Source of the DNA: Octopus sinensis
Lineage: Eukaryota
NCBI RefSeq assembly: GCF_006345805.1
Contig: NW_021836129.1
Location: 248,001 to 312,000, forward strand
Direction: 5' to 3'
Length of the DNA stretch: 64,000 nucleotides
Under the pieces are notes generated by a model. The model was not told where the DNA came from. It worked only from the letters and a program-made list of their open reading frames with translations, and searched no databases. Each line of letters starts with the position of its first letter. Within the stretch, counting starts at the first letter, position 1. Shown here piece after piece: positions 24,007-33,614 of the stretch. The position numbers were made by a program, and so were the translations under genes.

Positions 24007-27000
24007 GTTAAGGGAGTTAAAAACTAACTAAGTAGACCTTCGGCATCGCTGCCTTTTCAGTCTCCATCTCACACACGCCTCCCTACACACAACCACAGGT
24101 TAAGACTTACCGCCTTACCTGCCATCCAGAAATAATCTTCTCTAGGACCTCAGAGAGGCCTTTGAGAGATGATTCCTGGGCGTCGGAGAGCTCAGTCCGG
24201 AATCCTAAGCCATAGGCTAGCCTTATGGCTCGTCTTCTTACTTTTTTAAGCACGTCAACATGCTTATCCCTGTCCTCATAGAGGTACCAAGCGTGGACGC
24301 CATAGGTCAAGACGGGTAACACCATGGCGTTAAACACGCGGAACCAGGCACCTCTGCTCAAGCGGAAAGCACGCAACGCACCTAATCGCTGCATTGCACG
24401 CATTTTCGTACGTGCAATGTGATCATCAAACTTACCGGACGGCTTAAAGAGCACGCCCAAATAAGTCATCCGATCAACTGCAGCGATTGCTGACCCGCTC
24501 AGCAATAACCTAGGAACAAAATTAGTGTAACCCCTCGTCCTTTTACAGACTTTAAGGACACTGCACTTGTCCGCGCACATTCTCAGACCCCTACTCCCAC
24601 ACCAGTTTGCAAGTCCATCCACAGCAACCTGAAGCCTACGACACGCACACTCCGGTTTCATTGAGTGATCCCAGAGGATAATGTCGTCTGCATAGATTAC
24701 CATTTCAGTACGAGCATTGACTGGCATAGGCGCAGTGGCCATAAACACATTGAATAGTGTCGGACTGAGCACAGAGCCCTGAGGGACCCCGCGAAGGACT
24801 GTTGCGACTTTAGAAAAGACCCCCTGATGCCGCACGACCTGCCTGCGAGATTCAAGAAACCCCGACAGCCAGCGCCTTAGACACGGAGAAACCCCACACG
24901 TGGCAAGGGAACTCCGGAGGCCGTCGTGCCACACCGAGTCAAAGGCCTTTTCAATGTCGAGACTAACTAAAATACCGCATTCCCTTTTCTGGAGGGCGTT
25001 CTTCATACCAGACGACACCTTGTGAAGGCAGTCCCCGCATGAGCGGCCCTCCCTGAAGCCCCATTGGAACTCAGGGAGGGCGTCTGCAACCATCAGCTCC
25101 TCCAGGAGCCTTTGGTGCATAATTCTTTCTAGGATTTTAGATATTGCGGGGAGCAAGGAAATGGGCCTATATCCCCCGGGACATCATGTGGCTTACCCGG
25201 GCTTTCCGATAAGGATTACCTCAGCCACTTTCCACCTGGAGGGAATCATCCCAAGTCGCAAGCTCCCGTTAAATAAAACCTTTAGTGCAGTGATTAACCG
25301 CGGCGGGGCCTTCTTAAAGATGGCCATCGGGATCCGATCCAAACCCGCCGCGGTGTTCTTACTTCGGGAGATTGCTGCCAGAATCTCCGCTTCAGTAATT
25401 TCGCCTGCATCGTTCCTTGATATGCCCAGCTGGCAGCGCTTGTCCCACGACAATATCTGCTGGACAGTATCAAAGGACGATGTCTCTACGAACTGACTTC
25501 CGTCAGTTCCCGAGATGCCATTGAGATGGGCTGAAAGTATTTCAACCACCTCAACCGGGTCCGAAGCGAGGGTTCCATCAGAGCGTTTAAGGCGCACTGA
25601 CTTAGCCCCCCTTCTCCCCGACAGGCTCTTCAACTGCTTCCAGAAGTCCGGAAAGCGAGGGTCCACCCTTCGGCAGGCCCTCTCCCACCGCGAACTTTCG
25701 AGTTCGCGGATTTCTCTTCGGATCTCCCTCTGAAGCCGGCTAATCCAGCCACGAAACCAAACACGGTTCTCCTCGTAAACGCATTTGTCCCGTAGTCTGG
25801 ATAGCCGGCGCTTGAACCTAATTTTATTTAAGATCCGGTGAGGGAGCGTGGAATGTGCCTGACCCTGCACTGAGTTTTGTTTGAAATTATCTCGCATGTA
25901 ATCAGTCAGGGCAGCATTGATTCCATTATCAAGCGCCTCCAACTCACGTATGTTGGCGCAGGTATTCCCCACCAGAAGTGAGGGCAACCTGCTGGCCATG
26001 AAACTCTCCAGGTTAGCCCAGGAACCCACCCGGAGGTCAAAGTATCCTGGGACCCTTTGAGGAACTGGCTCACGGAGTTCGTGCAATAGAGGCAGATGGT
26101 CGCTCCCAATATCGGACAATAAAATAGTTTTACTAACCCAATTTAGAAGACCGGGACTGACCAGAGCAAGCCCTAGCCAGTCACGTCCTCCCCTCGCGTC
26201 GACGTGGTTTGGCTCGCTCGAAGTCCGGATTTCCAGCCCGAGGTCTTCAACCAGCGTCTTCAGAGCCAAACCATGCGAGTTGGTTACCCTGAAACCAAGA
26301 TCTTGATGCTTGGCATTCAGGTCCCCAACAACCATGGCCTTCGGATGCTTTTCAAAGAACTCCCGTACGTGCCAGGAGCACGCCGTAAAGTTCTTCGAGT
26401 ACATCCCACCTAGGTAAAATGTTAACTCGCCTATGCGAATTCTCACTTGGAGGAATTCACACAAGCTACATGAACATATACCTGGACTCTGCAAGGCAAG
26501 GTAGGGCTTGTAGAAGAGGCTAGTTCCTGTGCCACATATTGACCCCTGTTTCCAGGGTATGTGACGACAGTTGTAGCCATCAACTACGTACGGACCCCCC
26601 TTTACCTTCGTTTCGTTGACCACCAGAATGTCCGCACTCGTGGTGGCCAACATCCTCTGAACGGCGTCCCTTTTTCCTTCCAAGGAACGCGCGTTCACCG
26701 ATATGATGTTGAGCATCATATCGGTTTCTTCGCCAAGGATCTTCTTGGCCTCGGCAACGTTGCAGTGTAGCATTTCCTCTACACTGCAATTCATCTCCCT
26801 ACAAAATTTTAATAGGGAAACGCATAATTGCACCGCAGGACTAATACTGTCCTGCGGTACACGCTCGCCAGGGGCTGAGTGCAATGGCATCTCCACGTAT
26901 GGAGGACGCCTTTTCAGCCCCAGGTTGTGCCGGACGGCGCCGCCGTTAGCCGCCTCAGAAGGCATTGCCGGCTTAGGCAACCAAGCGGACTCGGAAGCTT

Positions 27001-28556
27001 TCACCTGCTTTGCCAACTTTGTCGGCGAAGGCTGCACCGACCCACACGTAGCATGGCTCACAGGTTCCACTGTCTTCGCCACCCAAACGGATTTGGAAGG
27101 TTTGGCCAGTATCGCCTGCTTGCCAGGTTTTGGCGCAGGGCGCGCGACGCGACGCGGGCGACTTACTGTTGGGATTACATCCCCACCTACCTTTCGGGTT
27201 GCCTCCTTGAACTTGGGGCAACCTCTGAAGTTGGCAGTGTGTCCCAACTTACCACAGTTGACACACTGCCTCTCCTTGGATGGTGAGGGGCACGTCTTGC
27301 GACCATGCTCCCCACCGCAAATAAGGCACTTCGCCTTATCCGGGCACTTTGTGGAGATGTGCCCGAACCCCTGACACCGAAAGCATTGGGTGGCTTTCGG
27401 GCGGGGCCAGGCAGCTCTCATCCTAATGTAGCCGATCCTAGTACCCAGAAGTACTAGGCGCTCGGCTTCCGCAGGAGATCCCAGGATGACCTCCACCACT
27501 TCAAGAGGGCGGTTACCCTGCTTGAAGCGTGCAAGGGCAGAGGCACTGGGGTACTCCCGCTGTATGTGTCCTAAAAGGTCATTATCCTCGAAGTCCCGGG
27601 GGACCCCGAGGAGCAGGACTCTTACCTGCCTTACCTTTTGTTCAATCCTGACAAGCCGATGCATGCCAGGACCGAACGGGCTGGACTTCTCCAGCTCTCC
27701 TTTAAAGCTGAAGAAGTCCTCCTCCTTCTCCCACCCAAGCAGGAATTGGGTGGGCTCCCTCTTCAGGACTCTATACAGCTTTGAAGGCTGGATAGAGTCT
27801 AACGTACCTAAGATCTTTATGACCGAGGCCTTCCCACTTGTAGGGAGGACCTCAAGTCGTGCCACAGCACCGAAGGTAATTCTGCCCCCGGCGCCAGTGG
27901 TCTTCTTTGGGTGTGCATCCACCTGATCGGACACACACCCAGTACCTAAAACATTAGGGGGGGTTGGACGGCCAGCCGCACGTTTGGGTTTCCCCACCGT
28001 GTACCAACCGTCCTCAAGGGCAACCTTATTTCCTGCCGTACCCACCGGGACGGCCTCAGGAGACGACACCCCCTGTTGGCATTAATTGACTTACCTAGGC
28101 TGGGTTTGGTACCACTAGACAAACCGCAAACACGTGGCGAACCAGCATGCTGTGCGGTTGTGGTGGATACCAAACGATCAGAACCAGTTGCACCTGCAGC
28201 TCCCCCGACACCAGCCATAGGGGGAGCAGAGGAAGAAGTGTCTCCAGTGAGTGCTGAACCCACCTGGGAGGGTCCAGGCTTCGACTTCTCCTTCCTGCTT
28301 TCGCCTAGAAAATTAAAGACACCACTAGAATAGCCGGAAGCGCGTGGCGGTGAACCACGGCTCCGGCAATTCATCGTAGTGGCACACTGAACCGTCTTGT
28401 CCTTCTGGGAGAGCGAGGCGGGAACACCTCCACTTCTGCATAGTCTTCTTAGTGCAGACAGCTTGCGAGCAGATTTTGCAGACAACTGTTTCCTTGGTAC
28501 TTTTGCACCAGTAGATTTTCGAGCCGTTTGTTTTGTTCTAGCCATATTTTATTATT
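23986..28556 (-). mobile_element. Full-length APE-type non-LTR retrotransposon (Jockey/I-like Gag) with an N-terminal histone H3 tail
   Basis: Three CCHC knuckles (CFRCQGFGHISTKC, CLICGGEHGRKTC, CVNCGKLGHTANFRGC); APE motifs NARSL, NETK, GDLNAKH, SDH; RT motifs YRPISLL, DIEKAFDSVWH, GVPQGSVLSP, YADD, YLG. High GC against an AT-rich background; ends defined by flanking duplications. Confidence 0.95.
24107..28545 (-). CDS. Reconstructed single polyprotein H3tail-Gag-APE-RT (~1480 aa)
   Basis: Joins ORFs 27946-28545, 25193-28069 and 24107-25156. It needs one extra G in the run at 28069-28073, and compensating -1/+1 G at 25196-25198 and 25173-25177, which restores KPGKPHDVPGGYRPISLL. There is no stop between Gag and APE. 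Confidence 0.65.
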
Positions 28557-29122
28557 TTGACCAGTACACAGCCGTTGACCAGTACACAGCCGGAAATGTA
28601 GAGAAATATGAGTGAGCTTGATTGAAAAAGTATTCAACTGATTCAGCGACTCTCTCGTTCCTTGGACATCCGCGTCTCGATCCAGGACATCTCAGACAAA
28701 GCAGGCAGCTTCGCTCAGTACTGGGCAAGTATGCACACGACTGTGGAGCCCCTGCTGGAGTTAGAGAGTGACCCTGGCAAGATGTTTCTCGCTTCCCAGG
28801 GCTCTGGTACAAAGGTGCTCAGGGTGAATACGTGACTAGAGAGGTGGGTATGCGAGATTTGGTGATGGCTGTGACCAGTGTACTGCAGGATGGGAAGGGT
28901 TATTCACTGCACCCTCCTGGCTGCTTTCGGTCGCAAAGAACATAATGCTAGTAGTACGCTACTACATTATGGCGGACGATCAGAACCTCCCTCGCCAATG
29001 AGCTCCAGAAGCACAGTGACTCTGCCTCCATCAGGCTCCCACATGGGAACATCGGGTGAATGCTTTAAAGAGTACTTTGGTTATCTGGGAACCAAAGATT
29101 TATGTGCAATAGACATGAGTTC
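28557..29122 (+). repeat. Second (partial) copy of the orphan ORF: duplication of 23428-23985 plus an extra 18-bp tandem copy at the junction
   Basis: ttgaccagtacacagccg occurs twice (28557-28574, 28575-28592), then the sequence matches copy 1 to GAGTTC. Differences are almost all 1-2 nt deletions. Confidence 0.95.
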
Positions 29123-30026
29123 CGGGGGGGAAAAACAATTATAAGTTAAGGGAGTTAAAACTAACTAAGTAGACCTTCGGCATCGCTGCCTTTTCAGTCT
29201 CCATCTCACACACGCCTCCCTACACACAACCACAGGTTAAGACTTACCGCCTTACCTGCCATCCAGAAATAATCTTCTCTAGGACCTCAGAGAGGCCTTT
29301 GAGAGATGATTCCTGGGCGTCGGAGAGCTCAGTCCGGAATCCTAAGCCATAGGCTAGCCTTATGGCTCGTCTTCTTACTTTTTTAAGCACGTCACATGCT
29401 TATCCCTGTCCTCATAGAGGTACCAAGCGTGGACGCCATAGGTCAAGACGGGTAACACCATGGCGTTAAACACGCGGAACCAGGCACCTCTGCTCAAGCG
29501 GAAAGCACGCAACGCACCTAATCGCTGCATTGCACGCATTTTCGTACGTGCAATGTGATCATCAAACTTACCGGACGGCTTAAAGAGCACGCCAAAATAA
29601 GTCATCCGATCAACTGCAGCGATTGCTGACCCGCTCAGCAATAACCTAGGAACAAAATTAGTGTAACCCCTCGTCCTTTTACAGACTTTAAGGACACTGC
29701 ACTTGTCCGCGCACATTCTCAGACCCCTACTCCCACACCAGTTTGCAAGTCCATCCACAGCAACCTGAAGCCTACGACACGCACACTCCGGTTTCATTGA
29801 GTGATCCCAGAGGATAATGTCGTCTGCATAGATTACCATTTCAGTACGAGCATTGACTGGCATAGGCGCAGTGGCCATAAACACATTGAATAGTGTCGGA
29901 CTGAGCACAGAGCCCTGAGGGACCCCGCGAAGGACTGTTGCGACTTTAGAAAAGACCCCCTGATGCCGCACGACCTGCCTGCGAGATTCAAGAAACCCCG
30001 ACAGCCAGCGCCTTAGACACGGAGAA
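29123..30026 (-). mobile_element. 5'-truncated copy (904 bp) of the same LINE
   Basis: Near-identical to 23986-24886 (3' UTR and RT C-terminal half) with the same 3' junction after GAGTTC; truncated at ...gacacggagaa. Confidence 0.95.
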
Positions 30027-30359
30027 GGGCTCTGGTACAAAGGTGCTCAGGGTGAATACGTGACTAGAGAGGTGGGTATGCGAGATTTGGTGATGGCTGT
30101 GACCAGTGTACTGCAGGATGGGAAGGGTTATTCACTGCACCCTCCTGGCTGCTTTCGGTCGGCAAAGAACATAATGCTAGTAGTACGCTACTACATTATG
30201 GCGGACGATCAGAAGACCTCCCTCGCCAATGAGCTCCAGAAGCACAGTGACTCTGCCTCCATCAGGCTCCCACATGGGAACATCGGGGTGAATGCTTTAA
30301 AGAATTACTTTGGTTATCTGGGAACCAAAAGATTTATGTGCAATAGACATGAGTTCTGA
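30027..30359 (+). repeat. Third (partial) copy of the orphan ORF (330 bp = 23656-23985) carrying the native TGA stop
   Basis: Matches copy 1 from gggctctgg to GAGTTC, then continues TGA agggaaaaaatttatataat instead of the LINE tail. Confidence 0.95.
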
Positions 30360-30379
30360 AGGGAAAAAATTTATATAAT

Positions 30380-30440
30380 AAAAAAGTATCATTCCGAAAT
30401 TTTATTGAGTAATCCAAAAAGTATCATGCCGAAATTTTTG
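30380..30440. repeat. ~36-bp motif pair (aaaaaagtatcattccgaaatttt...gagtaat), repeated at 32113-32170
   Basis: Two tandem copies here and two after the minisatellite, read directly. Confidence 0.8.
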
Positions 30441-30560
30441 AGGTTGACGGGATGACCCTTTTCCCATTTGAGAGCGGAAAAGTCCTCGTATGGGATGCAA
30501 CCTGCTGGGATACATTCTCTGCTTCACATCTAACATCGTGTGCTCTGCAGGCTAAATCAG
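30441..30560 (+). mobile_element. RLE fragment of a CRE-like non-LTR element
   Basis: VDGMTLFPFESGKVLVWDATCWDTFSASHL resembles RPDGxTLxPWxxGKxLxWDxTxxDT. Confidence 0.7.
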
Positions 30561-31299
30561 TTCGACTCCCTCGAGCAACCATCTTGTTGTATAGGCATCA
30601 AAAATATTTCTGTACCAGTCTCTTGTTCTTTACAATAAAAATATTTGTCATTTTATAATTTTATCTTGACAAAAAAGATTTTGAAATAGAGTTCAAATAT
30701 TTTTTTTGAATTTTTTCGAAGTATAACCACCTAGGCTCGGTACACCAAGGCCTGTGACATAATAATTAATAAAAATAATATAACAATAATTAAATTCGTG
30801 TTCTGTTTAAAAAAAGTCTAAAAAAATATAACAATAATGATTAAAATTTGGTAGAAATTGATCATTTTAGATTTTAGGGCGCTAAATACAAGATCGCCAA
30901 ATCCGGGAACAAATAAATAAAAGTTTGCCATAAGAATATAAAAAATAAAACTTTCTATCAAAAAATAAGGTAAAATTCATGAATAAAGATAAATGAAAAG
31001 ATTTCAAATAAGCGATATAAACAGATTGAAAGAATAAACTCGCAAATATTACAAAATGATGAAATTTCAGATAATTTATTAATTAAAAGAAACTACATCG
31101 CAAAATATTCCTTCTAATCCAATTAAATAAAAAAATAAAGATTGACCAAATAATGCAACAAGACAACAAGGTATGTCAAAAGAGTGCTCACACGTGTCAC
31201 AATTTATTATGTTTTCTATTAATAAGTGGGTAACTAAAAATTAAGATAATTTTAATTAAAACACAATTCTACCTAGTAGCTTATAAACAGTGTAAATAC

Positions 31300-31416
31300 C
31301 AGAGGGGATATCTCAATGATGGCAACTTGCGAGCAGATTTTGCAGATTCGAGCAGTTTGTTTCCTTGGAACTTTTGCTCCAGTAGATTTTCGAGCAGTTT
31401 GTTTAGTTATAGCCAT
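31300..31416 (-). pseudogene. Second, degenerate histone H3 N-terminal tail fragment without histone fold
   Basis: MAITKQTARKSTGAKVPRKQ, then an internal copy of AAACAAACTGCTCGAA that shifts the frame, then SAKSARKLPSLRY. No fold-domain sequence found downstream. Confidence 0.85.
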
Positions 31417-31650
31417 ATTTTTTTATTTCAGTTAGAACCGATTCAGGCGAGTTATTTTTGTTTTATATAGTTAAACAACATTATGAATGAATGAAGAATT
31501 TTATTGTAAGAAAGAAGAGCGAGACAGAAACTTAGTGCGGAAAGTAATTTTGACGAGACGATTGCTTTGGGCATTCGAGCTCTTCCATGGTTCATCCGCT
31601 TTGTCTGTCTATGACTGATGAGACTAATGAAGAAAGAAGAAAGTAGGTTC

Positions 31651-32108
31651 ATGCTTCTGAGCCTTCTAGGCCCGTATGCTTCTGAGCTTCTGAGCCTTCT
31701 AAGCCTGTATGCTTCTAAGCCTGTATGCTTCTAAGCCTGTATGCTTCTAAGCCTGTATGCTTCTAAGCCTGTATGCTTCTAAGCCTGTATGCTTCTAAGC
31801 CTGTATGCTTCTAAGCCTGTATGCTTCTAAGCCTGTATGCTTCTAAGCCTGTATGCTTCTAAGCCTGTATGCTTCTAAGCCTGTATGCTTCTAAGCCTGT
31901 ATGCTTCTAAGCCTGTATGCTTCTAAGCCTGTATGCTTCTAAGCCTGTATGCTTCTAAGCCTGTATGCTTCTAAGCCTGTATGCTTCTGAGCCTGTATGC
32001 TTCTGAGCCTGTATGCTTCTGAGCCTGTATGCTTCTGAGCCTGTATGCTTCTGAGCCTGTATGCTTCTGAGCCTGTATGCTTCTGAGCCTGTATGCTTCT
32101 AAGCCTGT
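31651..32108. repeat. 16-bp minisatellite (gcttctAagcctgtat / gcttctGagcctgtat), 26 regular units plus a degenerate left end
   Basis: 18 A-variant units, 7 G-variant units and 1 A-variant unit. The segment 31485-32107 is flanked by a 13-bp direct repeat, taaacaacattat. Confidence 0.95.
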
Positions 32109-32309
32109 AAACAACATTATTCCGAATTTTTTCGAGTAATGCAAAAAAGTATCATTCCGAAAATTTTTTGGTTAAATCACTCACCATTTTTAAAAATAAA
32201 AAATTAAATATTTTTAAAATAATATTTTATCATCACCATCAAATAATTGTAACTATTGCTTAAATTGATGAATTTTGCGAGATTACAGACTAAATTACTA
32301 GTGTACTAA

Positions 32310-32800
32310 TTAAAGAAAAAACAGATAACGATCCGAGTTTTTTCTTTCAATTTGGTAATTTCGTAAGCAATCATCAATTGTTTGACAAATTGAACTTGCA
32401 TCACACGTCTCAACATAAATACATTCAATCAAATATATATTGGTTGGGTTGTCAATCTTTACAGCAATAATGTTCACATATTTTTTTAAAGAATGTTGGG
32501 TTTCGTCTATTACTAAAAATATTTGACTCCCTTTGAAATATTCTTTAAGTTTTTCAACCTGTTTCACAAAAATAGTGGAAACAAGATTTCTGGAATGTGT
32601 CTCACTAGGCAGTTTAAATCCCAAAGTTTCAAAAAAAGTTTGAAAATGGACATCCCTTAATTTGAACAGCGGAATATTTGTTTGGTCATCATTTCGACTA
32701 AACTAATCGCGAAAGACTCTTCGAAAACCACATCTTTCGAAATTAACTTCATTTGGACATTAGATTTTCCTGATTCTAATCTCTTTTTGTGTTTCAATGT
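32310..32800 (-). mobile_element. hAT-related (CGGBP/DUF659-like) transposase fragment
   Basis: NIPLFKLRD..F...GFKLPSET...IFLVIDETQ...KYVNIIAVKIDNP...DASSICQTIDD. Confidence 0.6.
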
Positions 32801-33019
32801 TTGGCGATGTTGTTCAACGTTGAAACTTTTTCCATATTTAACAGGAACACAACATTTTTAACAATAGTCTCCCGTGATCATCCTCTTCGAATTCGTTAGG
32901 AAATTTGTTAATTATATATTTTCTTTTTTATTTGATTTTTTAGGTTTATATATTTAAGCGTGCTTAATTATTAATTTATAAATTTAATTATATGACTAAA
33001 TAAAGACTCACTCTATCCA

Positions 33020-33614
33020 AAGCGTAATTACCAATGATCGTGCTGAATTACGAGTTGACACTACTATCCCTACCGAATCAAAAATTCAATATAACAAGCC
33101 GGACATTTTCCTATACGACAAAAAATTAAACCACATATGGCTAATAGAGATTGGAGTGACGTGTGTGGATAATTTAAAAGCAGTTGAAGTTGAAAAACTT
33201 CATAAATATGATATCCTGGCAAGTGAATTAAAAATCATTTACAAAGCCAAAGTCAAAATACTTCCGATTGTCATTACCTGGGATGCGATCACCTCTAAGT
33301 ATTTTAAAATATACATGGATTTTATTGGCATTAAAGACAGTGTTCTGGTATACATCCAAACGACTGCATTAAAGAAGACGTTGGAAGGAATGTTCGTAGA
33401 ATATAAACATGGTTTCGAAGACGTAATGACTAAAGCATTGATTCTCAACAAAGATTATGCAGTGTGGAACACTCACCAAAGGGGAGCTTACTCGATGAAG
33501 AGGAGACATGATGAGGTGACAGAAAACGAATACTCTGAGGAAGGACAAATTAATAGCAAGAGGATCACGAAAGATGATGGTGCTGTTCAGGGAGGCCCAA
33601 GACCAGTAAATTGA
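33020..33614 (+). mobile_element. C-terminal RLE domain of an R4/Dong-like non-LTR element
   Basis: NDRAELRVDTTIPTESKIQYNKPDIFLYDKK..IWLIEIGVTCVDNLKAVEVEKLHKYDILASEL (PD...E.G...EK pattern). Confidence 0.85.

Noticed and set aside
25173-25198. Stop-codon readthrough or an alternative genetic code in the RT (in-frame TAA and TGA)
   Set aside because: Compensating single-G indels in two G runs restore the conserved KPGK...GYRPISLL motif, and host genes here use all three standard stops.
25161-28333. Plus-strand ORFs over the LINE (e.g. 25161-25496, 26703-27374, 27486-27926, 28076-28333) as antisense genes
   Set aside because: They are expected shadows of a GC-rich coding strand, with no motifs or independent signals.
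22900-28545. The LINE simply inserted into a resident, intact histone H3 gene
   Set aside because: No histone-fold remainder (RYRPG, EIRRYQK, LFEDT) was found beyond the element's 3' end, and the tail lies inside the duplicated flanks. Insertion into H3 at a donor locus elsewhere is still possible.
28575-30026. Copy-2 indels as evidence of biological pseudogenisation
   Set aside because: Nearly all differences are 1-2 nt deletions, often in short runs, while copies 1 and 3 agree. This pattern is typical of long-read consensus error.
31651-32108. CRISPR-like array
   Set aside because: The units are contiguous with no unique spacers, there are no cas genes, and the context is eukaryotic.
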